Assembly: GCF_009914755.1 (NCBI RefSeq)
Contig: NC_060947.1
Reading direction: 5' to 3' (one strand)
DNA length: 64,000 bases
Origin: the human T2T-CHM13v2.0 reference genome, Homo sapiens
Positions 44,400-57,200 of this stretch are shown here, piece by piece. Within the stretch, counting starts at the first letter, position 1, and each line of letters starts with the position of its first letter. A program made the position numbers and the translations under genes. A model generated the notes under the pieces. The model had not been told where the DNA came from. It ran no database searches and worked only from the letters and a program-made list of their open reading frames with translations.

Positions 44400-47300
44400 G
44401 TCTAAGAGGCACCAAGAATAGCTGGCCAGAATAATTGGTGAGGTTTACTTCGTATACGAGCCCAGCCTGTGAAGAGTAAAAGAGGTGTCTATTTCATTCA
44501 ATGCATAGAAACCAACAGAGTCAAGAAAAATAAAGAAACGGGAAAATATTCTCCAAATAAATAAACAAGATAAATCTAAAGAAACTGACCATAGTGAGAT
44601 GGAGATATGTGATTTACTTAACAGAAAATTCAAAATAATGGTCATGAAGAAGCTCACCTAGTTTAGGAGAGAATCACAGGAACAATATAAGAATTTCAAC
44701 AAAATGACAGAAAATATTTTTAAGATACCAACAAGAAATTACAGAACTAAACAATGTAATAACTGACATGTAAAATTTAATACAAGGTTTCAACTGTAGA
44801 CTAGATCAAGCAGAAGAAAGGGTCAGTGAACTCAAAGGGAGTTCACTGGAAATCATCCAGTCAGATGAGCAAAGAGAAGAAAAAGAATGAAAAAGTGAAG
44901 ATAGCTTAAGGGACTTATAGGACATATAGAAGTCTCAGTAGAAGAAGAAAAAGAGTAAAGGGCAGAAAGCTTATTCAAACAAATAATGGCTGAAAACTTC
45001 CCAAACCTGGGAAAGAAAAAAGACATCCAGATCCAAAAAAGCCCAAAGCACACCAAACTAGAGGAATACAAAGAGATCCACAGTGAGACACATTATAATC
45101 AAATTCTTAAAACTTAAAGAGAGAATTCTGAAAGCAGCAGGAGAAAAGTAACTTGTTACCTACAAGAAAACCCTCATAAAACAATCAGTGTTTTTATCAG
45201 TAGAACCTTGCAGGCCAGAAGGAGTAGGTGGGTTGATAGATTCAAAGTGCTAAAAGGAAAAAAAGAAAAAAAAAACCTGCCAGGCAATAATACTACAATT
45301 GGCAAATATGTCTTTCACAAAGGAAAGAGAGACAAAGACTTTCTCAAACAAAAGTTGAAGGAGTTTAGTACCACTAGACCTGCCTTGCAAGAAATGCTAA
45401 AGTGAATTCTTCAAGTTAAAACAAAAAGATACTAAACAGAAATGTGAGAGCATAAGAAAGTATAAAACTTGCTGGTAAAGGTAAATACATAGACAAATAG
45501 AGGGAATACTGTATTACTATAAAAGTAGTGGGTAAATCACGCTTAATTCAATTATAAAAGTCAAAAGACAAAACTATTAAAAATAGTTATAAGTAAATTA
45601 TGTTAATGGTTACACAATATAAATGAATCTAAATTGTGACATTCTTGACACGTAATAATGTGGGGTAAAGAGAGGTAAACATGTAGAGTTCCTCTACACA
45701 AGTGAAGCTAAGTTGTTATCAGTGTGAAATAGACCATTGTAAAACTACAAGATATTTTATGTAAGCTCCATGTTGATCATAAAGAAAATACTTACAGAAG
45801 TTACATATGCAAAAATAAAAAACAAAACCTATCGACACAATAATAATAATAATAATAAAGACAGCAAAAGAGAAGAAAAGAGACACATGAACTATAAGAC
45901 AAACAGAAAACAATGAACAAATAGCAACAATAAGTCTTTTCTAATCAATGTAAATGTAAATGGATTACACTCTCTAATCAAAAGATATACAATGGCTGAA
46001 TGAATTAAAAGTAAAGAGTTGGAAAAAGATATTCTATGCAAAGGAAAGCAAGAGAGGCTATACATATATCAAACAAAATAGACTTTAAAAACTTTTTAGA
46101 AACAAAGACAGTAATTGTATAATGACATAAGAGTCAATTCAATAAGAAGACATAATTTTAAATACATATGCACCCACCATTATAGCAATTAAATATTTGA
46201 AGCAAATATTGACATATATGAAAGAAGAAACTGACTGCAAGACAATACTAGTAGAAAACTTCAAAACTCCGTTTTCAATAATGCATAAAGCATCCAAACA
46301 GAAAATAAATTAAGAAACTGTAGACTTGAATAACACTACAGACCAAATGGACCTATCAGACAAAACTCTCCACCCAACAGCAGAAGAATATACATTGTTC
46401 TCAGCACACATAAAACATTCTTCAGGATAGATAACACATTGGGCAATGAAACAAGTCTTAACAAAATGGGTAAGTTTGAAATTATACCAAGTAACTTTTC
46501 TGACCACAGTGGAATCAAATTCAAAATCAGGAACAGTAAGAAAATGAGAAAATTCATAAATACGTAAAAATTAACAAGATTTGAAAAACCATTCAGTCAA
46601 AGAGGAAATCAAAAGGAAATTAAAAGAGTGTCTCAAGACAAATGAAAACAAAATTACTACATACCAAAACCATGTGGAATGTAGCAAAAGCAGTATTAAG
46701 AGGAAAATTTGTAGCAATAAATGCCTACATTAAAAGGCAAGAGAGATCTCAAATAAACAATCTAATGTTACACATCAAGAAACTAGAAAAAGAAATGAAG
46801 ACTAAGCCCCAAACTTAGCAGAAAGGAAATGAATAATAAAAATCAGAGCAGAAATAAAACAAATTGAAAAAAATCAACAAAATCAAGGTCTAGTTTTTTC
46901 CCCCGAGACTGAGTCTTGCTCTGTCACCCAGTCTGGAGGGCAGTGGTGAGATCTCGGCTCACTGTAGCCTCTGCCTCCCAGGTTCAAGCAATTCTTCTGC
47001 CTCAGCCTCCCAAGTAGCTGAGATTACAGGGGCCTGCCACCACGCCCAGCTAATTTTTGTATTTTTAGTAGAGACAGGGTTTTACCATGTTGGCCAGGCT
47101 GGTCTCGAATTCCTGACCTCATGATCTGCCCGCCTCAGCCTCCCAAAATGTTGGGATTATAGGCGTGGCCAAGATGTAGTTTTCTGAAAAGATAAAATTA
47201 ACAATCCCTCAGCTAGTTTAAGAAAAAAGAGAAGTCTCAGATAAATAAAATCGATGGTAAAGAGAAGGCATTAAAACAGAGGCCTTAGAAATAACAAGGA

Positions 47301-48138
47301 TCATAAGAATGTATTATGTACAATTATATGCCAACAAATTTGATAAAATAAGTGGATACATTCCTAGAAACAGGAAACCCACCAAGACTGAAATAATGAA
47401 TAGATATAAAGCCTAAGCAGACAAATAACAAGTAAAGAGATTGAAATGTTAATAAAATACTGCCTAACCAAAAAAAGCACAGGACCAGATGGTTTCATGG
47501 GTAAATTCTACCAAATACTCAAAAAAATAATTAATACCAAAGCTACTTAAAGCCTTAAAAAAAAAAGAAGAGGAAACGCTTCAAAACTAATTTTATAAGG
47601 CTAGCATCACTTTCATGTGAAAGCCAGACAAAGACACCACAGAAAACAAATCTAGAAGCCAATATCTGTGATGAATATAGATAGAACAGTTCTCAATAAA
47701 AGACTAGCTAACTTAATTCAAAAGTACATGAAAAAGATTATACAACATAAATAAGTAAAGTTTTCCCAGAGAAGCAAGGCGAGTTCAGTATATGCAAATC
47801 AATCAATGTAATGTAACATAATATAAACCAAAAGCCATGTAATAATCTCAATAGACACAGAAAAAGCATTTGACTGGGTTCAACATCTATTTATAATAGA
47901 AAACTGTAAACAAAGTAGGTATAGAAGAAACTTACCTGAGCATAATAAAGGATATTTATAAAAAGCCCACAGTTAGCATCTTAATGAATGAGGAAAAACT
48001 GAAAGCTTTCCCTCTGAGGTCTGGTTGAAGGCACTTGCCAGTTCTATTCAACAGATCATTACATATCAACATAATAAAAGCTGGGAAGTCCCACCAGAGC
48101 AATTAGATAAAAAAAGAAACAAAAGTCATCTAAATCAA
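44400..48138 (+). mobile_element. Old L1M element: ORF1, inter-ORF region and 5' part of ORF2
   Basis: ORF1 end motif EFSTTRPALQEMLK (45208-45405); degenerate EN and RT sequence; long inter-ORF spacer. Confidence 0.85.
46894..47170 (-). mobile_element. AluS with short tail and a small deletion near its 5' end
   Basis: gagactgagtcttgctctgtcaccc ... gggattataggcgtggcc; approximate TSD aaggtctagtttt / aagatgtagtttt. Confidence 0.93.
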
Positions 48139-48139
48139 T

Positions 48140-50584
48140 AATACAAACATTCAATTAACACATATTTTGTATATTATATGTATCATGTACTGTATTCTTA
48201 CATTAGAATAACCCAGAGGAAAAAAATATTAAGAAAATCATAAGCAAGAGAAAATATATTTACTATTCATTAAATGGAAAAGGATCATCATAAAGGTCTT
48301 CATTCTCATCATCTTCACAAGGAGTAGGTTGAGGAAAAAGAAAAGGAGGGGTTGGTCTTGCTGTTTCAGGGGTGGCTGAAATGAAAGAGATGGAATAGGT
48401 GGAAGAGGAGAGAGGAGAGGCATGCACACTCAGTGTAACTTCATGAAAATACATTGTAATTCCTGCCTGACATTTTTGCTTTTTCGTTTCTCTAAAAATG
48501 TTTCTATACAGTACCAATATTTTCTCAACATTTGTTTTAATTTCAGTGCCCATATCACAGAAGGTATCATGTTGTAAATGAAGTCAAAAGCTGTATCGAA
48601 TAATCAGAACCTTCATAACAGCTTGTCTAATGAAGTTTTGTTTTCTGGCACTGCCTTTTCTACATCTTCTTCTTCATCGTCTGCTGTTGGTTCAGATGCA
48701 CTCAACTCTATCACGTTGTCTTCTGTTAATTCTTCTGGTATGGTGTGTGTTCCCTCCTGAATTTTTCCAAGATCCATATCTTGAAACCCTTCACTCCCCA
48801 TCTTTTTTACCACATTCACAATCTCTTTCATAATTTTCTGGATTGACTCTGTTGTAAATTCTGTGAAGTCATATACAACATCTCAAAACAGTTTTTTTAA
48901 GCAAGAATATATTGTTTCAGGCTTGATGGTTGTCACAGCTTTTTTTTTAATAACAATGTTTACATCTTCAATAGTGTAATCCTTCCAAATTTTCATGATC
49001 TTCTCTGTATTGAGGTTCTCTCACAGCATTGACAATCCTTTCCATGGAGTACTATATGTAATAAGGCTTAAAGTTTCTTATGATTCCCCTAGATCTAGAG
49101 GCTGAAGTAGAGATGTTGTGTTTGGGAGAAGGTAGACAACTTCAATGCCTTTGGTGTTGAATTCATGGGGTTCTCGGTGGCCAAAGGCTTTGTCCAATAT
49201 CAAAAGAACTTTAAAAGGCAGCCCCTTACTGGCAAGGTAGTTTTTGACTTTAGGGACAAGGCATTAATGGACCCAATCCAGCAAAGGGTTATTTTCCAGG
49301 CTTTCTTGTACAACAAAAGTCTTGACAGTTGGTGTTTACCTTTTCTTCAAGGCTTGGGGTTAGCTACTTAATAAAGGCGGTCTTGATAATAAGCCTGATT
49401 GCATTTGTACAAAACAGTAGAGTTAGTCTGTCTCCTCTTGCCTAGTGTTCACTTCTCTTCCTTACTAATAAGTGTCATTTGTGGCATTTTCTTTTTCCAG
49501 AATAGGGGACTTTCATCTGCATTAAAAACACATTCAAACAGATAATCTTTTTTCTCAATGGTTTCCTTAATGTCACCTGGGAACTAGTTTGCTACGTTTT
49601 GTTCAGCAGAAGTTGCTTTTCTTGTTATCTTGAAATTTTTCAAGCCAAGTTTTTTTTTCTAAAATTATTGAACACCTTTTGCTAATATTAAATTAACCAG
49701 CTTTAGATCCTTCACTTTCCTTTTTCATTAAATTGTCATATAATGACTTCACTGTTTCTAGAATCACATTGAAGTCTATAGGTATGCCTTATAGCAATCC
49801 TGCACACACATGAAAATTGCATTTTCAACAACAGAAGAAGGATATTTCACAAAAAGTGCAAGGTTTTTGCACCTGCTCACATAGCTGCAGCAATGGCTTT
49901 ACAAATTTCCTTTACTTTTTTTTACAAAGGTCTTTACATTGAATTCACTCTATGGCATATATCAAGCAACTCAACTTTTTTCTCATAATGTCATGACTTT
50001 TCTCTTCTGCTTTAGAACACTTCCAGTGTCACTAGTGGCACTTCATATGGGTCTCATAGTGTTTTTTAAGGTAGGCAGTATTGCACTAAACACAACAAAA
50101 AGTATATAAGAATTGCAATAGATCACTTTTTACCATGATACACAATTTAGTAAACAGCTTACCACAATAGAAAGAGGAAGTGGCTACAAAATTATTACAG
50201 TAGTACAGTATGTACTGCAGTTAATTTTATGCAGATATGACTTAATACTTTCTTTGTTTACAATTCTCTGAACTGCAAATGGCATTATGTGTAAGTGTTA
50301 ATGTGCATACATTTTGATAAATCTTAACTTTTTAATAATAGATTTGTGTATATTTTATGGTAGAAAAATGATAAAATACACTAGTATCAACATGTATTTT
50401 ATGATTTATAGCATACCTAACTTTTTCTTAATTTTTAAAATATTTCTAGGCTATGCAGTTCATTTGCAAGACTTTTTCAAATTGTCACAAATCTCCAGAA
50501 AGTTTCCAATATATTTATTGAAAAAAATGCACTTATAAATGGAACCCCATGCAATTGAAATCTGCGTTGTTCAAGGGTCAACTG
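48140..50584 (-). mobile_element. Tigger2-like TcMar DNA transposon with one end missing
   Basis: TIR gttgttcaagggtcaactg followed by TA at 50585-50586; the opposite TIR is absent. Confidence 0.88.
48263..50057 (-). pseudogene. Tigger transposase pseudogene
   Basis: Remnants EGFQDMDLGKIQE (48613-48831) and PQPTPCEDDENEDLYDDP (48263-48553); N-terminal RKVMTL-like codons near 49985-50057; many stops. Confidence 0.8.
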
Positions 50585-50664
50585 TATAGCTACTCCTGCT
50601 CTCTTTTGGTTCCCATTTACATGAAATATCTTTTTCCTTATTTCACTTTCAGTCTGTGCGTATC

Positions 50665-51051
50665 TGATATGGTTTGGATTTGTGTCCCCACTCAAATCTC
50701 ATGTTGAATTGTAATTCCAAATGTTGGAGGAGGGTCCTGGTGGGAAGTGATTAAATCATGGGGGCAGATTTCCCCCTTGCTGTTCTCATGATAGTGAGTA
50801 AATTCTCAGGAGAGCTGGTTGTTTAAAGGTGTGCAGCACCTCCTGCTAGGCCCTATTTTTCCTACTCTGGCCATGTAAGTTGGTGTGCCTGCTTCCCCTT
50901 TGCCTTCTGCCATAATTATAAGTTTTCTGATGCCTCCCCATCCGTGCTTCCTGCAGAGCCTGTGGAACTGTAGGACAATTAAATCTCTTTCCTTTATAAA
51001 ATACCCGGTCTCAGGTATTCCTTTCTAGCAGTGTGAGAATTGACTAATACA
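50665..51051 (+). mobile_element. MSTA-like MaLR solo LTR
   Basis: tgatatggtttggatttgtgtcccc ... gactaataca; perfect TSD GTATC (50660-50664 / 51052-51056). Confidence 0.92.
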
Positions 51052-51059
51052 GTATCTTT

Positions 51060-51374
51060 TTTGATTTTTGTTTTGTTTTGTTTTGTTTTTTTGAGAAGGA
51101 TTCTCACTCTGTCAACCAGGCTAGAGTGCAGTGGCACGATCTCAGCTCACTGCAACCTCCGCCTCCTGGTTTCAAGTGATTCTCCTACCTCAGTCTCCTG
51201 AGTAGCTGGGACTACAGGCACATGCCACCATGCCCAGCTAATTTTTTTGTATTTTTAGTAGAGGCAGAGTTTCACCATGTTAGCCAGGATGGTCTTGATC
51301 TCCTGACCTAATGATCTGCCCTCCTCGGCCTCCCAAAGTGCTGGGATTACAGGAGTGAGCCACTGTGCCTGACC
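51060..51374 (-). mobile_element. AluS (AluSc-like) with (TTTTG)n tail
   Basis: Perfect 16-bp TSD ctaatacagtatcttt (51044-51059 / 51375-51390). Confidence 0.96.
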
Positions 51375-52283
51375 CTAATACAGTATCTTTATAAGTGACA
51401 TGAGGCTCTTGTAGGCAGCACAGAATTGGGCCTTGATTTTTATCCATTTAGCCACTCTATGTCTTTTGGTTGGAGAATTTAATCCATTTACATTTAAGGT
51501 CATAATTAATAGGTAAGGACTCACTACTGCTATTTTGTTAAATGTTTTCTAGTTGTTTCCTAGATCTCTTGTTTCTTTCTTCCTCTCTTGCTGTCTTCTT
51601 TTATGGTTAAGTAATCTTCTCTAGTAGTACGTTTTGATTCCATGCTTTTTATTTTTGGTGTATTTACATAGTTTCTTGCTTCGTGGTTATGATAAGGCTT
51701 ACAGCAAACCTCTTCCAGTCATAATAGATTATTTTAAGGTGATAACTTAACTTTGATTGCAAGAATATCTACACTTTTACTCCACTCCCCTCCAACATTT
51801 TGAATTTTTGATGCCACAATTTATAAGGTTTTCATTGCATATCCCTTAACAAATTATTGCAGCCATTATTATTTTAAAAATATGCTTGTCTTTTAACCTT
51901 CATACTAAAGATATAATTGATTTACACATGGACATTACAATAACAAAGTCTTGTGAATTTTCCTGTGTAGTAAATTTCCAGTGAGTTTTATATTATCAGA
52001 TGTTTCCATGTTACTCATTAGCATCTTTTTCTTTAATCTTGAATAACTTACTTTAGCATTTCTTGTAAGACAGTTCTGGTGATGATGAACCTCCTCATCT
52101 TTACTTTGTCTGGGAAAATCCTTATCTCTCCTTTATTTCTGAAAGGCAGCTTTGCCAGGTACAGTATTCTCAGTTGGCAAGTGTTTTTTTTAATTTTTCC
52201 TTTTGCACTTTGAATATATAATCCCTCTCTCTCCTTGCCTATAAGATTTCTGGTGAGAGGCTTGATAGCTGCATTGGATCTTC

Positions 52284-52580
52284 ATATATATATATATATA
52301 TGAGAGAGACAGAGTCTTACTCTATCACTCAGGCTGAAATGCAGTGATGATCACAGCTCACTGAGCCTCCAACTCCTGGGCTCAATTAATCCTCCTGCCT
52401 CAGTCTCTAAGGTAGGTGGGACTACAGGCACATGCCACCACAACCAGCTAATTTTTGAATTTTTTGTACAGATGGGGACTTTCTATGTTGCCAAGGCTGG
52501 TCTAGAACTCCTGGCTTCAAGTAATCTTCCCACCTCAGCCTCCCAAAGTGCTAGGATAACAGGCATGAGCCACTTTGCCC
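52284..52580 (-). mobile_element. AluJ with a (TA)n(GA)n-converted tail
   Basis: J-type diagnostics atcacagctcactgagcctccaactcctgggctcaa and ctatgttgccaaggctggtct. Confidence 0.9.
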
Positions 52581-53673
52581 ATCCCCTTATATGTTATTTG
52601 CTTCTTTTCTTTTGATGATTTCAGGATCCTCTTGTCAGGCAATTCACAAATCTCCATTTCTTTTGTGTCTGTCACTGGCACTTTATTTTGTCCCTTTGGT
52701 GATGTCAAGTTTCCCTGATTGTTCTTGACTTGTGTGGTCATGCATCACTGTTTGCACATAGAGTAAGTATGGTGCTTACTCTTGTCTTCACAGGGTGGCT
52801 TTGTCTGAGAAAGTCCTTCAATTGTCAGATCTTCTGGGTAGGCTGTCTGGTGTGGTCACCAAACCCAGGGCTCCTAGAATGACATGGCACTGGGATGAGC
52901 CCAAAGCCCAAACCCATTGCAGCTGGCATGGCACTAAGGAAGACCTAAAGACCATGCTGCTGTGGCTGGATGGCACTGAGGCACCAGAAGCCTGGGGTTT
53001 GCTGTGGCTTGCACAACACTGGGATACAACTGAAGGTGGCACACTGCTGGTATAAGCCAAGTGCAAAGAGCCACTATAGCTGTCTTGGTGCTGGGGCATG
53101 CCCCAAGGCTAGGGGTGTTCAAATTTATATAGAGCTGGGGTGAGCTAGAGAGCAATTCCACCATGCAAGCTTGATGCTTGTGGATGCATGGTCCTGTCTG
53201 ACACCAGAACGGGTCTGAAAGCTTCCTGTGTGGTGCCAGTCTGGAGTCTGGGGCTGTAGGGGGCTGTCCAGTGCTGGGTTTTACTATAGCACCACTTCCC
53301 TCCCTTTTCCCCAATTAGACTATATTTCTCTCTGTGCTGTGATGCCTGGGGTTGAGAATGGGGTGACAGGGATGATGCTAAACTGTCCTGCCTACCATCT
53401 TCAATGCATCTTTTCTTATTATTGTACCACATCCAGGTACTGTAACCTCTCAACTGGTTTCCGGAGATCTGGTAAAGGTACTTTCATGCATAAATAATTG
53501 TTTAAATTTATGTTTCTGTAGAGTGACAATTGCTGAAAAGTCTAACTCTGCCATCTTTCTCTGCTGCTTGGATTACAGTCTGTGTGTATTTAGTGCTACA
53601 CAATTTTGTCACGTGTAGGTTTCTGCATTCGCCACCACATTCAAGATACAAAACATTCGGTAGTGGGTTTTTA

Positions 53674-54215
53674 GCCACTCCAGCACAAGTTCTACAAACA
53701 GAGCTCTGATCTCTCCCTGGTATGAAGCCCCTGAGGGGAAGGGTAGCTGCCATTTCTACAGTTCAGTAGACTCAGCTGTTCCAGCCTGCTGGTTTTGGAG
53801 AATACAAATAGTGCAGACAAGGAAGGGTCCCCCACAATGAGGCACAGCTGCCTTGCCAAATATTGTGACCAGACTGCTTCTTTAAGCAGGACCCCAATCC
53901 ATTCCTCCTCACTGGGAGGAAGCTCCCTCTGGGGGCTTCAGCCACCCCAGCCAGGGTTCTACTGATAGAGCTCTGTTCTCTCCCTGGGATGGAGTTTTTG
54001 GGGGGAGGTGCGGCTGCCATCTCTGCAGTTCAGTTAACTCAGTGGTTCTATTCAGCTGGCTTTAGAGAATACAAATGGTCCGGACAAGGATGGGTCCCCC
54101 CAGTGAAGCACACATGCTCTACCTAAAAGCAGTGAGACTGTTTCTTAAAGTAAGTCTCTGATCCTGTTCCTCCTGACTGGGTGAGACCTCCCAACAAGAG
54201 TCTTCAGCCACCTCC
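53674..54215 (+). repeat. Two ~267-bp tandem monomers in an L1 5'UTR
   Basis: gccac anchor at 53674, 53941 and 54207; shared agagctctg.tctctccctgg and gagaatacaaat. Confidence 0.85.
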
Positions 54216-57200
54216 TACAGGTGCATGTGGGCTGGCAACAGGTCAATAGCACTGTGGATCAGAGCTTCCAGAGAAAGGAGCTGGCTGCCATCTTTGCTGT
54301 TTTGCAGCCTTCACTGGTGATACCTCCAGGTATAGGAAAAATCAAGGCAACTAGGGATTGGGGCAGACCCCAGCAATATGCAGCAGCCCTATGGTAGAGT
54401 GACCTGAATGTTAAAAGAAAAAAACAAAAAACAACAACATCAACAAGAAAGATCCCCCAAAAGCCCCAAACAAGGTGAGCAACTTCAAAAATCAAAGATA
54501 GACAAACCCCCAAAGATGAAAAATAATCAATAAAAAATGCTGAGAACTCAAAAACCCAGAGAGACTCTCCTCCCCCAAATGACCACAACACCTCTCCAGC
54601 AAGGGCACAGAACTGAGCTGAGGCTGAGATGGATGAATTGACAGAAGTAGGTTTCAGAAGGTGGGTAATAATGAACTTTGTTGAGCTAAAGGGGCAGGTT
54701 GTAACTCAATGCGAAGAAGCTAAGAATCATGACAAAACAATATAGGAGCTGATAATCCGAATAGCCAGTTTAGAGAGGAACATAACTGACCTGATAGAGC
54801 TGAAAAACATAACACAAGAATTTCACAATGCAATCACAACTATTGATAGCAGAATAGACCAAGTGTAAGAAAAACAATCTCAGAGCTTGAAGACTGTCTT
54901 TCTGAAAGAACACAGGCAGACAAAAATAGAGAAAAAAAAGAATAAAAATGAATGAACAAAACCTCGGAGATATATGGGATTACATAAAGAGACCAAACCT
55001 ATGACTGACTGGGGTACCTGGAAGAGACAAGAAGAATGGAACCGAGTTGAAAAACATACTTCAGGATATCATCCAGGAGAACTTCCCCAACCTAGCAAGA
55101 CAGACCAACATTCAAATTCAAGAAATGCAGAGAACCTCAGTAAGATACTCCATGAGAAGATCAAACCCAAGACACATAATCATCAGATTTTCCAAGTTTG
55201 AAATGAAACAAAAAATGTTAAAGGTAACCCAAGAGAAAGGCCAGGTCACCTACATAGTAAAACCCCTCAGACTAACAGTGGACCTCTCAGCAGAAACCCT
55301 ACAGGCCAGAAGATATTAAGGGCCAATATTCAACATGCATAAAGAAAAGAATTTCCAAACCAGAATTTCATATCAAGCCAAAGAAAACTTCATAAGCAGG
55401 GAGAAATAGAACATTTTCAGACAAGCAAATGCTTAAGGAATTCATTACCATCAGGCCTGACTTGCAAAAGCCCCCTCAAAAAAGCATTAAATACAGAAAA
55501 AACAAAACAAAACAAAACAAAATTACCAGCCACTACAAAAACACATTTTACACAGACCAGTGACACTATGAAGCAACAAAATAAGTCTTCAGAATAACCA
55601 ACTATCATGATATAATAACCAACCATCATGATAACAGGAACAAATTCACACACAACAATACTAACCGTAAATGTAAATGGGCTAAACGCTCCAATTAAAA
55701 CACACAGAATGGCAAGCTGGATAAAGAGCCAAGACCATTGGTACGCTGTCTTTAAGAAACCCATCTCACATTTGAAGAGGCACACAGGCTCAAAATAAAG
55801 GGATAGAGGAAAATTTACCAAGCAAATGCAAAACAGAAAAAAGCAGGGGTTCAATCCTAGTTTCTGATAAAACTTTAAACCAAGAAAGATAAAAAAAAAG
55901 ACAAAGAAGGGTATTACATAATGGTAAAGGGTTCAATTCAACAAGAAGACCTAACTATCATAAATATATATGCATGCAATACAGGAGCACACAGATTCAT
56001 AAAGCAAGTTCTTAGAGACCTACAAGGAGACTTAGACTCCCTCACAATAATAGTGGAAGTACTTAGCCCAATGACAATATTAGACAGATCATTGAGACAA
56101 AAAATTAACAAAGATATTCAGGACCTGAACTCAGCTCTGGATCAAGTGGACATGATAGATATCTACAGAACTCTTCACCCCATAACAGCAGAATACACAT
56201 TCTTCTCATCACCACATGGCACATACTTTAAAGTTGATCACATAATCAGAAGTAAAACACTCCTCAGCAAATGCAAAATAACTGAAATCATAATAAACAG
56301 TCTCTCAGACCACAGCACAATCAAATTAGAACTCAAGATTAAGAAATTCACCCAAAACCACACAATTACATGGAAATTGAACAACCTGCTCCTGATTGAC
56401 TCCTGGATAAATAATAAAATTAAGTCAGAAATCAAGAAGTTCTTTGAAACTTATGAGAACAAAGACACAATGCACCAGAATCTCTGGGATATAGCTGAAG
56501 CAATGCTAAGAGAGGGAAATTTATAGCACTAAATGCCTCATCAAAAAGCTAGAAAGATAAGGTAACAACCTAATATCTCAACTAAAAGAACTAGAGAACC
56601 AAAAGAAAAGAAACCCAAAGGTAGCAGAATCAATAAATAGGCAAGATCAGAACTGAACTGAAAGATATAGAGATATAAAAAAACTCTTCAAAAAAATCAA
56701 TGAATCCAGGACCTGGTTCTTTGAAAAAATTAATAAAAGAGACAGACTGCTAGCTAGACTAATAAGGAAGAAAAGAGACAAGAATCAAATAAACACAATC
56801 AGAAATGATAAGGGGGGTATCACCACCAACCCCACAGGAATACAAACAACCTTCAGAGAATACCATAAACACCTCAATGGACATAAACTAGAACACACTG
56901 AAAAAATGGATAAATTCCTGGACACATACACCCTCCAAAGACTGAACCAGAAAAAAATTGGATCCCCGAATAGACCAATAACAAGTTCTGAAATTGAAGC
57001 AGTAACAAATAGCCTACCAACCAGAAAAAGCCCAGGACCAGATGAATTCAAAGCTGAATTCTACCAAAGGTACAAAGAAGAGATGATACCATTTCTACTG
57101 AAACTATTCCAAAAACTTGAAAAGAATGAAATCCTCCCTAACTCATTTTGTGAGGCCAGCATCATCCTGATACCAAAACCTGTAGAGATACAAGAAAAAA

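Larger units (their letters stand above)
50585..53570 (-). mobile_element. Old L1M 5' portion (start of ORF2, spacer, deleted ORF1, 5'UTR) hosting MSTA and two Alus
   Basis: KIFHVNGNQKRAGVAI at the Tigger junction; ORF1 N-terminus KNNQGNLTSPKGQNKVPVTDTKEMEICELPDK (52535-52741). Confidence 0.8.

Noticed and set aside
48263-50057. Domesticated Tigger transposase (TIGD/CENPB-like gene)
   Set aside because: Only short fragments stay open, consistent with neutral decay.
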